DNA of 63,647 bases, counting the filler, from Reticulomyxa filosa (lineage: Eukaryota; Protista; Foraminifera), in assembly GCA_000512085.1 (NCBI GenBank). It is 21 parts of 21 records of this genome, joined end to end, with 100 filler letters (N's around TTAATTAATTAA, not from the genome) between each part and the next. Parts side by side here need not be neighbours in the genome. Positions count along the whole stretch, not along the records: positions 23,726 to 33,662 come from ASPP01021582.1; positions 33,763 to 39,508 come from ASPP01001211.1; 19 more parts are not named here. The stretch is one strand, 5' to 3'. A program made the position numbers and the translations under genes. This document shows positions 24,501-37,379 of the stretch, in pieces (positions within the stretch are counted from its first letter, which is position 1; every line of letters begins with the position of its first letter). The notes below the pieces were generated by a model that saw only the letters and a program-made list of their open reading frames with translations, made no database searches and was not told the DNA's origin.

Positions 24501-25116
24501 ATTTATTTTATTTTATTTTTTTTTATCGAAAATGCACGGAGGCCGAAGGTATCCGCGAGCACGAGCCAAACAAGGTTGTATGTTGTCTCCCAATCCCTGT
24601 GACAAATGCGACTTAAAGAGCTTTCAGTCTCTGATGAATTAATTATAATCATCTAGGACTTGCAAATGTCTATGGATACTTTTAACCAAAGTGAATTGGA
24701 TATTTTTTTTCATTGATTTGTTTGAATTAGTGTCTCATTTTTGACAATTTTTATTCAGTACGATTAAAGTTTTTGTGAATGCAGTTATAATCAACTCCAC
24801 GCTGTGCTTCCTTTTTGATTGTGAGCTACTATGTTTTTTCAGAGACTGGAGGCTTTGTGATATCAACCAGTGATCAAAATTTACGTTAATATTCCACAAT
24901 TTAAGAAGAAGTATTAAATATGTTATTTTGCTTTTGATTTTGTTTCCTTTGGTTTTTAATGATGCATGAAACGTGCAAGTGTTGTTTTATTATTTGTAAG
25001 ACATTGTAATTTTAGTACTGTATTCCGTGTGAGTGATGTTTTTTTCCTTTTTCGTTTCTTTCTTTTTGTAATTTCAATATCATAACATTCTCCATCTAAA
25101 AAAAAACCATATACCA

Positions 25117-25358
25117 ATATCAAAGTTGTGAAAGCAGCAGCCAAGTTTGCAATCGATACTAAGAGAAAGATTTAAACAATTATCAAGTTTCTTCAAATCA
25201 ATTTAAATTGAAATAACTTTATTGTTTTTCTTTTGATTATTTTTACATGGACCTTTTAGTCGTTGTAAGATTTTGTGTGTCTTTCTTTTGTCATGTGTTT
25301 CTTTTAAGTACTTTGTTCTATTTCTTAGAACGATGTGCTCATTAACTAGAAAGACCAA
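25117..25358 (+). mobile_element. LINE 3'-end fragment (ORF2 C-terminus + 3'UTR), copy 1
   Basis: IKVVKAAAKFAIDTKRKI* plus UTR; strongly similar to 34361-34571 and 35003-35200. Confidence 0.65.
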
Positions 25359-25979
25359 AATCGATTGTCTTGACAATAAAAATTATTACATAATAACAAT
25401 ATCTCGTAAGAACGTAAAACACTACCAAATTGCAATAATTTTGATAACTACGGTTATAACATTTTTTTTTCTTAAAATTGAATAGCAATTATTAAGAAGC
25501 AGTATTTAATTGATATCAAAAGTTATATTTTAGTAAAGAAATAAAAAATTATTTGCTGTTGAAAAAAAAAATGTTAGTCTTTTAGCAATAAATTGTAAAC
25601 TTTTTATCTAGAGATAATATAAATTGTTTGAACCATTAAGGAAAGTCTAAAAGAAAAAAAAGATTAAAATGAAAATTTCAAAGTAAATGTTTATTTGCAA
25701 CTCTTGATTTGAATGTAGATAAAATAACTTTTTTCTTCCTTTATTCAACAACTTTTATCATCAAAAAGTAATACACTCAATTTTTTATATTAAAAAAATT
25801 TTTTTTTGCAGATTTAATGTTATTTTTAAAGTTTGTGCATTGTAAAGGCATGATAGTTTTGACTACTATTTGCTTTGTATCCATTCGTCATTTGTTTTTT
25901 TGTCTTTTTTTGTTCAATGCCAAACAAGTCAAGTTCAAAAGCATAAGAAATGATATTTTTTTTATCATTTAGTTATATC

Positions 25980-26870
25980 ACCTTTTACATGTATACTGTT
26001 AGTATTCGCTCTAGTATTGATTTTATTAAATTTGTGTATGTTTCTTTATCAATTTTTCACCTTCTAATTCAACTTGTTTCCAAAGTTCTTCTTTTGATCT
26101 GAATGGTCCATTTTTGTATATTTTGTTTTCACTATCCACCACATATTTTCTATTGTACTCATGCTGGAGAATTTGTATGGAAATCTAATACTTTGACAGT
26201 TTTTGTTCAAACTATTCTTTTACTGTAATTGCTGTATTAATGATGACATTACCTTGCTTAAATATCCAATCTTCATTATATTCTAAAAATCAATAAATGC
26301 TTTTGAGCATTTTATAAAATTTCTTTATAAATATCTGCATTACTACATCAATTTTACATACATAACCATGTCCTAACACTCCAAAGCAAGACCACACGAA
26401 ATTCGTTCTGGTACTTTTAACGAACTCAATTTTCTTGGTTTCTTCTTAATAAGTTTTTCAGTCTTTAACGTCAGCTTCTATTTACGCACATATTCATGAT
26501 TTACACTAAATTTTTTCAACTTTGCGCAAACTCGTTTTATTTGTCAACTTTATTTTGCATTCTACTGTACAATCGAATCAATTGGATGTTGCCTTTTCAT
26601 AATACATTTTTGTACTCTTGGATTCTTTTTGTGATGATATTATTCTGATTTATGATTTCTTCTTCCACAATACTTGCATACATTTGATTTGGAACAATAT
26701 TTGGCGAAATTGTTTAATTTGAAACATTTTCTATATTTTATAAAATGTTATTTTGTACGTATTCGATATTTATCAAATAAATCACATTTCGCTTCGTTAA
26801 ATCCAATTGTGATTACCTTTTCTTCAAATTCTTTTTTTCAGCTTGAATTAAAATTTAACATAGTTAAATA
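25980..26870 (-). mobile_element. Degenerate Tc1/mariner (IS630-Tc1) transposase
   Basis: Minus-strand remnants FVWSCFGVLGHGYVCKID, NADIYKEIL and VLDFHTNSP/MSTIENMWWIVKNKIYKNGPFRSKEELW match the Tc1 motifs VWGCF..G.G, NA..Y..IL and SPDLNPIEN.W. Stops and frameshifts are present. Confidence 0.8.
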
Positions 26871-27682
26871 GCATCTTGTCCCAAAAGAAACACATCTAAT
26901 AAAAAAACAAAAAGCAAGTAAAAGATCCCAAAAAATTTTTTTTACTATTTCGTTTTCTTTTAATCTGTCTTTGCTCCGCTTTTACCACGAACTTTGACTA
27001 CGACGAAATTGTTAAAAATATTTCAAGTGATTCTTTAAAATTTTTCGTATTGACCGATGTTGCAATATCTAGTTCTTCTGTCTTCAATCTCATTCAAATA
27101 CAACTTTTCGCAAAAGTTTATATTAATAATGAATGACGTTAAAATTATTTTTAAAAACTTTGAATTGCTATTCAAAATTCTTTCTGATCAACGCAATAAT
27201 TATAAATAACAACACAAAAAAAATTGAAACAAAAGAGCGACAATATCAAAATATTAAAGAAAAATTAGATTTACTACTTCACAAGAAATTCTGTAGTAAT
27301 ACTGAAATTCTCTATTAGCTTCATATAGGATAGAACAGTTTCATCAACGATAAGTTTGAATCCTTTACAATGAGATAATTAACCACAATATAATGACATT
27401 GCACAAATATGATGTAACAGGAGTATTCCATTATTTATGAATATCATCAGTATAATCAATTTTTATGTTAGTATGAATAATATATCTATTTTCTTCCTTG
27501 AATAGTATATTTTTTGCATAAGACAACATTTAATAAACATATTAAGAAAAAGCTCCTTATTTTGTTCTAAAGGCTACTTTTGAAAAAGAAAAAAAGCTTT
27601 GCAGCTGCAGATCTTATATTAACTCCGTTTCTGCCCTAATCTAAGTGATAGTCAAGTATCCCTCAACGTGTGAGGTTTGATC

Positions 27683-29343
27683 ATGACTGAAGTTAATCTT
27701 TTAAATCCTGTTTCCTTCAAGCGACCAGACGAAAGTGAGAAGTCGAACTACGAAAAAAAGAAAAGCATGCAAAATTGTTTGATTGAGTGTGTTGCTTGTT
27801 GTCGGACTTTTCGAACGCAGGCACAATGTAAGCTTTTTTTACTGTGAGATAAATCTGCATCACTTTGATATCGAATGGATTGTTTTTTGTCAATGATACA
27901 GTCGGACAACATTCACGAGTATGTGCATACGGAGGCAAGCAATGTAGAAAAATTTTTGGGGTTTAGTACATACATAATATATGTAGATTTATCAATTGTA
28001 TTGAATAAAGAAAAGACGACAACAAACTTCAAGTATGTGGATGATAAAAGAATCAGAAGTATCAGTGTAGTTTTCTGATCAAAGGAAAGACAGAACTAGA
28101 AGTTACAAAAAATGAATTAATAGAATAAAGTGGAAGCAAAGGGGGAAAAAAAACGAGTAAAGAGGTCTTGTTTGAATAGATAAAGACTCGTTACCTCTTG
28201 AAGTGTAGCTTCAAAGAATGGGAGGATTTGCGAAAAAATGTGTTTACAGACGAATGGATAAGTGCATTGTTGGCAAACAATCATGTGAATGATGTCCGGA
28301 TCAGTACACGTAAAAAAAAACTAGCAAAGGATAACACAGTAATTATAAATTTTATAATTTCCAAAGTGAACAAGGACGCAGCGGCGATTCACTGTGCTAA
28401 GTCAAATATATGCAAAACCGTTGAATTGTTTGCAAATGCTGTCACTCAACACGTATCCGTTTTTGTATATGTATTTTAAAAAATACAAAAATATTTGTAG
28501 CAATTTTTTTTTAATTCTATCGAACGAAGTATGTCATCACACAGGGACTGACGATCGAAATGCATATGTGTCAGTGGGAGGGATGTAATGACATTGTGGT
28601 GCGAGACACAGAGGGATTTTGCTCTCGTCATCGTCAACAAAAGTATCACCAAGCAAGAAACAGCGAACCCAAGTCAAAAAAGAAATGGGAAGGAAAGAGA
28701 AAAGGTATACGTGAAAAAAGAAACGATGACCCGAGAAATGAACCACAACATTTGTGGTTACAATCCCAACTTTCAATGGAAAATAGGATATCAAATACCA
28801 ACCCAATCGTGGAATTGAACCACATTCCATCGAATAAAACTGTTGTTGATTATCCAAATGTATCTGTAATGCCAACGTTAACATCAATACCAATGTCAAT
28901 ACCAATGTCAATACCAATGTCAATGCCAATATCAAAGCCGACATCAATTCCAAATATCATCGAATCAGTGATTCCACAAGGACAGAACCAGATTCCAAGT
29001 GAACATCAGCTTCATTCTGTAGACACACCACAATCCATGCCACAGGTCTACACAACGCAAGAGAGTTGTACGTTGTTCCAAATGGTTGTCAATACCAACG
29101 GCTCGTCCGATCTCAATTCCAACATTGTGCCCACCGTTGTTACGTATATCCTAATATCTCTTGTTTCTTTAAATTGCAAACAAAGAATAAGTACAAAGGG
29201 AAAAAGCAGAGAAAAGTTTTGCAAATACGACATTTGTGTCTTGTATGTAAAAGCTGCCTTTTTATTCAAACCAAGTATCGCTATCGTTGACAAGTGATTT
29301 GAGACCGTTGTATTCAGTGCTTCAAACACATTACGGTAATTAC

Positions 29344-29392
<49 letters not shown>

Positions 29393-30829
29393 GCAATAAT
29401 AACAATCAAAATAGCAACAATAAAATAATAAAGCAAGCAGCCAATGTTAATGGCAAGGCCTATTGGATTGCATCAGCGACATCTCCACTGCAATGTCAAG
29501 GCACCATTCCTCAACTGCTGCCAGTGACAACTGCGCAAATGAGTTGGAATGGATTGAACCACGTGGTAACGATGCAAACTATCGCAGACGCAGAATCGAA
29601 GGCAAATGCAATTGAACCAAATGGACATGAGCGAGAACACGCAGTTCCAAGTGTGTCCGATCATTCCAATCCGCGTTTTCCAAAAAAGCACAGCATTAGG
29701 GAAATTAAAGATTACTCCCAAGCTCAAAGTGAAGCAGAGAGTTCTGCTTTGCTTTGTCCGTCAAAGCGAAGAAGAGTGTCTAATAAGGTAATCATCACAT
29801 TACATACATGTGTATATATATTTGTATATATACGTATATACATAGAAGTGTGACTTATGTGTGAAAAAGATTGCAAACGTGTGCGAAGCCAAAATGGATC
29901 ACATGGATTTGTACATACCTGAAGATGAGCTAATTCCAAGTGGCAGCTTGTTTTCAGCGTGGTATCCAAGTAGCGTCAGTATGAGCGAAGCCAGTGATCA
30001 GGAGGGCCTTCGTAAGGTCTCTACTCCGCTCATCAGAAATGATGATAGTTCCAATGCGACCAAATATCATTTACCCACCAACAGCAACAACAACAACAAC
30101 AACAGCAATAGCAACAACCATAACAACGATAGCAATTGTTCGAATTCACACGCAACAAACGAAAGTGAGGATCAACACAAAAAGGTAAGATGTAAGACAA
30201 AGATAAGAGGAGGTCTCTCTCTCTCTCTTTTCCTTGTTTCGAATACGTATACATAAAAACGTCAGATTCAACAATTTGTAGAGAATCATATATTTGTAAT
30301 TCCTGCACCAGAGGCATTGGCTGGACGAACATTGGCAGGGAGCAATCTCAGAAACTTTGGATTGAATGTGATAAGCATTGACTACAATACGAACAGCCCT
30401 CCTCATGCGCAACAAGTGATTGAGCCCGGTGATAAGCTGATTGTCATTGGCAATTACGACGACGCGCGCAAATATTTGGTGACTATTGGCGCCAAAGACC
30501 ATCATCCCATTATTCCAGCAGAATCCATTCGGTTAAAACAGTTTTCAAAAGAGTTGGCTGCTTATTACTTAGACTTAGTTCGACCCCCTCAGCAATTACT
30601 CGGTCGAACTCTGCTTAGCACTCCTCAGGTTGCACAGAGTGGTCTCAATGTCATCGCTTGCAATCTCGAGATCTTGCACCCGAGTCAATTGGCTCAACAT
30701 CGTTTCGCCACCAATGACATGTTACTATGTTATTTCCCAAAAGCGTTTGACAAAGATCAGCAAATAGAAACCCTTGTTCATCGCTTGGAAACAGCCAGTT
30801 GTATCGTTTCGCCTGTTCATATTTCTTAA
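27683..30829 (+). CDS. Seven-exon protein: C2HC zinc finger, CxxxGC..CxxH finger, Asn/Pro-rich linker, C-terminal tandem TrkA-C (RCK_C) domains
   Basis: Phase-consistent GT-AG joins give CVACCRTFRTQAQF|GQHSRVC, CQWEGCNDIVVRDTEGFCSRH and poly-N. The last exon contains LAGRTLAGSNLRNFGLNVISID...VIEPGDKLIVIG and LLGRTL...SGLNVIA...RFATNDMLL. Confidence 0.7.
28883..28950 (+). repeat. Coding 12-nt tandem repeat (SIPM)n
   Basis: Repeated caataccaatgt units. Confidence 0.85.
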
Positions 30830-31287
30830 TAATAATACCAACAGCGAAACGGACTATACACACAATGTCTATTCGAACAAAGGGCTTACAGAAAATTATC
30901 ATTAAATGTGTTTATGTTTTTTTTTGGCCTTTCACTCGCAATTCAATTGAAATTTCATTCTTTTTTTTCAAAAGATCGAGCCTAAAAAAAAAAGATTAGT
31001 TGAAGGTGTTCCAAAGGTGTTTAAGAGAAAGTAAAGTTTCATCTGACAATAAAGAAAGATACAAAAAAAAAAGACGGGTGGGAAATTAATGTCTCTTATG
31101 TAAATAAACATATTTTTTTAGTCAATTGGCAATATTACACTAATTCCACTCGAACTTGTTTTTTCTATTGGTCAAAATATAACTCAGATTACACCCACAA
31201 CGAGATCAGCAGGATAGTGCTAAACAACAGAAAGTTTGACAAAGGCGAGTTTGAAAGAAAATAACGGGAAAACCCTTTCTGGTCACA

Positions 31288-32966
31288 ATGACAACCCGAA
31301 GAACCGCTGGCTCTTCTTCAGCAAAACAAAAAGCATTGCATGATTCAAGCACAAACTCCACTGGTGGCTCGAAAGCGTCATCACATGACAAAAATGCAGA
31401 ATGGTTGAAAGCCATAGAAAGCGAAAAGTTCACAGAACAAGACGACCAGCCGCTAACGCTGCATAACGTGAATGTGCTGCGAGTGTGTGGTTTTCTTGAG
31501 CTAATTGACGACTTGGATCAAAAGTATCTAAATTTTTCGATTCCATCCCCCGAAGAGTTGATAACCTGGCTTTCAGCGCCGCAGCCATCCACGGAAGTGC
31601 GTGAGATATTTATAGAGCTGTTGGGCAAGTTGTCCCCTGATATTGCAAAAGCAAGAAAGAACATAATGCTGAGCGAGTTCAATGACGCATTGTTTGGCTT
31701 CTTCAGCAAAAAATCGCAAGAAGACAGCAATCCCGTGGTCATGTATTGCAATTATCCGACAAACAGTGAAGCGATAGCGTGGGAAGGGATGACATGGCAC
31801 GACCTACCTGTCGGAGCGCGTCTGTCCCTATTGCAAAATTTGATTGACTTCTGTTTGACCGAAGACAAGGACTTGCACAAGCTCATCAACGCCAATCGCA
31901 AAGCTTTGATTTTGCCAAGCATTTGTCAGACTAGTACATATGACGGTAACTTATCAATGAAATATATCTAAATATATGTGTGAATTGACTGTTGCATGTG
32001 ATAGTGATAATGTTAATGTTAATGCTTTGCACAGAAGAGGAAAGCGACGAAACGCAAACGAATGACAAAGACTTGAATGGAGGCAAAGTGCATTATTACT
32101 TATTTGGCAAAAATCGTCTGCTGCAATGTCTATATGGATGTGTGATTCCACACAACGATGGGGACGACGAATGCGAAGATGACGACGAACAGAATCTATT
32201 GGATAACTACGATAATTTCAGATGCTTAAGTGTCGGTATGATATCTACTGCTTCAAAGAGAGGAAGGAGGAGAGGGGGCTTTGTTTGGTGGCTTGCCAAT
32301 GCAGCTCTTTATTGTAACACCACATTTGCAAAAAGGCAAGGAAGGATATCAATTATTATTATCAAAACTACAATCACTCTTATCTTCCGACGAAGGGAAA
32401 GAAGGCGGGCAAGAATTAAAAAGCTTGCAAACGCTATATGAAACAAACGACAAAGAAAATGTGACATTTTATCTTACTAACAGAAATATCCATAGTCTCA
32501 TTGCAATCGTAAAATTACAATTGCATCAAATTGATGTGTTAGAAAGAAAATAACACGACAACAACGTCGACAAAGGATGGATTTTAACTCTACTCTAATA
32601 AGCTCTTTTCAAGATGATCTTGGACAGAGAAGATCTTCTCGAAACAAGGAAAAACATGTTGACTATCGTGAAGACAAAGAAAATTCATTGCCAAATAACG
32701 AAACCATTTCTTCTGAACACAACCACTCGGACCAAAAAATACAGAAAGTGAAAAAGTTGACAACATCAGTGTTGAATCCAGTAACAATGGAACTGAAACA
32801 CAAATTTCTAATGAAGAGGATAAGCAAACCCAAAATGATATTTTTCATACTTCTGGCAGACTCAAAAGGAAAGGCACACGCGCCGTTTCCTATAAATTTT
32901 AATACACTTGCAAATATGAGGAGTTTATTTAATCAAGTACATCCCTCTTTTTATGAAAAAGACTAA
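31288..32966 (+). CDS. DDT/WHIM1-like chromatin-remodelling-associated protein; multi-exon
   Basis: DDT-like VLRVCGFLELI...SPEELITWL...IFIELLGKL; WHIM1-like WHDLPVGARLSLLQNLIDFCL; C-terminal RRSSRNKEKHVDYRED. Confidence 0.6.
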
Positions 32967-34259
32967 ATCTCAACGAAATATTTCTACATCGTATAATAAA
33001 CAAATTTTTTTTTGTGATTAACCTATTCTCAAACACTACTTTAGAAATTCAATAAGAAAAAATATTTAAGTTCTTTTGATAATTTGCTTTTAAAAGTAGA
33101 TCTTGTGGATTTTTGATTAAACAAATACAAACATTTTTAGAAATTATTGACTGTGGCATTAAAATAAGTTATTCAAGCTAAATAAATCATTTTTTAATTC
33201 TTCGTTAGTCAGGTTTTGAACTTTTCATAACTGCCAAAAAGGATTTTTCGGCAATTGAGATGTGTTGTAGAAACGTAATTTGATTTAATGAATCAAAAAT
33301 GTTGGCTCCAAGAAACCCCGCTTAAAAACAATACAAAGGTCGGCGCATAAAAACAAGTATAATCAAATTTAAAACATGTTGCGTGAAACCAATAAAAAGT
33401 AAATAAAGGAAGAACAGAAAAGATGCTGATACACTACCAGCCTTGTGTCCAAAAAGTAACAAAGTTGAAAAGAGAAGATTGAGATTGAGGATTAACAGGT
33501 TTTTGAACGTTTCTGTTTTCTAAAACCAATTCCGAATTTGAATTCGACGTTTTATGTTGTATTCCTCTAAAGTGTATAAATATAATTTTATAAAAAAGGA
33601 TATGAGGAGAAATAAAGTAAAAAAGAGTTTAACTTTGAATGAAAGGAAGGACGAATAAATTCNNNNNNNNNNNNNNNNNNNNNNNNNNNNNNNNNNNNNN
33701 NNNNNNTTAATTAATTAANNNNNNNNNNNNNNNNNNNNNNNNNNNNNNNNNNNNNNNNNNNNCTTGCAAGCTTTGTTTGGTCTTTCTATTCTGTTTCAAT
33801 AGCTATTTTCAGAAATTTCGCTTGGTTGTTCGATATCAGATCTTACGAAATATTGCAAGATCAGATATATGAATTTTCAACTAGTATAAACATTTTTTTT
33901 ATCTACGATAAAAAAAATTTTACTGACACTTGTCCTTTGGCGGCATCAGTATAAGAATAATTCTTTGATTGCCGCTGCATATTTGATTTAATTGGAATTG
34001 GTTGTGTTGAAAAAATTTTCTTATTAGTTTGAAAAGTTTGTTTTCTTTGTGTCTTTGTCTTTGTTTCTGTTTTCGCCTCAATCTTGTTGAAGACGAAAAT
34101 CGTTGCTAATAATCGAAGATTAACTTCGAACTTCTTCAGATACTGCTAGATGTCAGTAACTAGTTGTTTTGTGCTTGTTTTCCTTCAAAATACAACTTTT
34201 TTTTCAAAAGTTTATATCGATGATGAATGATATTTAAATGAATTTTTTTTTTTACGTCG

Positions 34260-35200
34260 CAATTGGTGGACAAATGTCCAAGAATTGCTTCCAGATATCA
34301 ATGTATTGTCCCTGTCAATGAAACAATTCATTATTGTGGATTGTGGAAACCAGATGTCAGGACCAAAGTTATGAAAGCAACATCCAAGTTCGTAGTTGAT
34401 CCAATAGAATATTTGAATAATTGTCAAGTTTCCTCAAGTAAATCTCAATTTAAATTAAAATAACTTTATTGTTTTTCTTTTGATTATTTTTTGCATGGCC
34501 TTTTTGGTCGTTGTAAAATTTGAGTACTGTGTTCTATTTCTTAGAACGATTCTCTTTTAACTAGAAAGACCTGAATTTGTGCATGTAGAGATCGACTTTG
34601 AAGAGTGATATTAAATGGAATCCATTCAGATTGGATGGACATCCAATCCCAAATGTTCCACCAATGCAAATTGCAATGATGCCACAATCAAATAAGTCGC
34701 CAGCCAATATCATCGTTGGATCTTGATTGTCATAAGATTTTGATTATTTAATGAAGATGTTCCAGAGATCTATTGGATTAAAGGTCATTCTGGTATTCCC
34801 GCAAGAAAGCCCAGCATTGCAACCAGATTTGATTCAACAACATAGATCAGCGGCATTCCTGAATAATCATGGATCGAATCCCTTGACACAGCAACGGAAC
34901 AGACGATTGATATTCCAAGACATACAATGTCACGATATTTACTGTCTAATCTGATGGAGGCGCAATTCATTATTGGGATCGATCGTGGAAACTAGATGTT
35001 AGAATCAAAGTTGTGAATGCAGCAAAGTTCGTAATCGATACCAAGAGAAGGATTTGTCAAGTTTCTTCAAGGCAAATCTCAATTTAAATTGAAATAACTT
35101 TATTGTTTTTCTTTTTGATTATTTTTTGCATGGACCTTTTGATTGTTGTAATATTTGTTTTTGTGTCCTATTTATTAGAACGATGTGCTCTTTTAACTAG
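34260..35200 (+). mobile_element. Two tandem decayed LINE 3' fragments, one with an RNase H motif
   Basis: YWIKGHSGIP at 34771-34800 (RNase H W.KGH.G..GNE motif). Two copies of WK.DVR.KV..A.KFV.D followed by the shared 3'UTR (34361-34571, 35003-35200). Confidence 0.7.
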
Positions 35201-35229
35201 AGTTTGTACGCAAAAGGCAGTGCAAGTTG

Positions 35230-36430
35230 ATGACAAAGCTAGATAGTAGTCCAACACTTGATACGCCCCCACTTATTACGACATAAACACATTTGTGTTT
35301 GCTTGTGTCATTCTTGTTTCTCAATATGATTCAATCTGTATCATTCCTGCATTGCTTGAAATGATACTTTGGACTTGATTTATTTTTATCGAAGGGCTCC
35401 ACTTTCACTATTGGATATCCAATCTGAATATTTCAATATCTTAATGGCATCTTCAGTCTTGGCATCTTATTGAATCTTGGACATACTTATTAATTTCTCG
35501 TTTTCTCTTTTGTTCAGCCTTACAATTCGTTACTATCATCTTTACTTTCTTTTTGTTCTATTTATCCATTCTTGATTTCGTTGAAATTATTGAATAAGCT
35601 GCTCTCTGATATCAATCGCAAAATGAACAAATAGTGTACGTAAATTTCCAGAAAATGTATGCGCTAATACCTTTCTGGACATAATATTCTTGTTCTTTAA
35701 TCCCATGAATTTAATCACTGAATTAGCATTTTAGTTCTATATGCTTAATTGAAGTTACGACAATTGTTGGAGTATTTGCACACATAAATTGTCGTTGAAC
35801 TTGCATATTCTTTTTCAACACGTTTTCAAATGTAATCTTGTTCTACTGTTTTGACATTGCGTGATTTTGTGAATTTAATGTCCTGTAATTTAGCATATCA
35901 ATACCATAATCAATACCACATTTATATGTTCGAAAGTGCAGTTAACACGTCTGACTGTTTATCATTAAATTGGATTCTTGAACCAATTCCATGTGTGGTA
36001 TTTTGTCCCAGCATTGCTTGCAGTAAAATTGATTATGGTAAAAACACCTTGAATCGGTCACAAGCCTTGTTATCAGCCAGTGGGTTTCTGTTTTGCCCGA
36101 TGTTCAGTAGAAGTTGCCCGACCCTCTGAGTCTGCCAAACAGAAAAACAATTTGTATGACGCATTTGAAAAATAGTCAATTTAGAGTCAAATAATCTTTG
36201 GGCTATGTTCGACCTTTTCCCACAAGCCGCTTGTTTCCAGTAAAAGAGTTACTATTTCATTACCAGTAGCTTGCACCTGTAATCTTAGCAACTGGTGACA
36301 ATATACTCTCGAAGTTTTAACAAGCACTTTTACTTCTCACAGTCACAACACACTAAGGTGCTAGATCGACTACTCTCCGAAAATAAATTAAAACAAAACG
36401 TTGCCAAAAACAGTAATAAAATGTAAGAAT
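35230..36430 (-). mobile_element. Decayed LINE ORF1/gag-like relic
   Basis: Minus strand reads PIVKVEPFDKNKSSPKYHFKQCRN.YRLNHI, a broken CCHC knuckle (~35330-35415); the surrounding frame has many stops. Confidence 0.5.
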
Positions 36431-37379
36431 TCAAACGCCAGTCACTACCATAAAAAACTTTATATAAGTCTTCATTCAATTCTGTTTACTTCTTTTGCTT
36501 GTATTTCAATTGTTATTTCATTGATTTCAAATGATTGCCTATTTTGATTATATTCTTGTACATCACTATTTATTTGGTTTGTAAAGTTTGGCAATGACGA
36601 TAATGAATTACCGTGTTGATTTTGACATTCAATTTGTTATTAACTTTCACACGCACTAATTACTGTTTATTTTACCTTGCTTATGTGAAAAATTTTACAA
36701 GTAGACATCTCTATTCAGTAAATAAAACTTTGTATCGCTGTTTTTGGCGCCATTGCTGATCTTATATTGAGCAATAAATGTTTTTGCTTTGTTTGCCCTT
36801 TATTCCAAAAAAAAATCCCATAAAATAAAAATAACAACTTAATAAATATTGAATACCATTGAACCAAATAATATTCCAATGAAGATTGTTATCATAACAA
36901 ATGTTCAAAGTCTCTTAATATTTGAATATCACAATATATAAATTTCTAAAATTGAAATCTAATGAACTTTAGATCTTGGAAGATGTTGAAGTATGTTTGC
37001 CCATTTTTAAACGGCGTCTTATATATAAGAAAAGTGTACCAAATGCAATAATGTGATATTCTACATACTTGGAGAAAATGGTTCACCTGATACATATCAT
37101 ACATATCATGTGGTTATCGTATAAGAAAGAGTTATAAGATTGCATAAAAAATATATAAAATGAATGTAGTTGAAAAAGAGTAATATACATGTACTGACAC
37201 CATATTGTGGAACAACCATTAGAGAAATGAATGATTAATATGAAATCTGTTGTAGCAAGAAGAAAAATTTAAATAGATAAAATACTCAATTTTCTTATCA
37301 AAAATCTTTTAAAATAAGTTAACGCGACTGCGTTCTTTGGACTAAGACTTTCACTTGCTAGTTTTTGAAGGAAAAAAAA

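Noticed and set aside
24620-24670. CTGATGA hammerhead-ribozyme / box C-like core
   Set aside because: No stem II followed by GAAA and no supporting helices or box D partner were found.
25315-25350. Hairpin followed by CTAG as a Helitron 3' end
   Set aside because: Similarity between copies continues past CTAG, the next base is A rather than T, and the upstream sequence is LINE-like.
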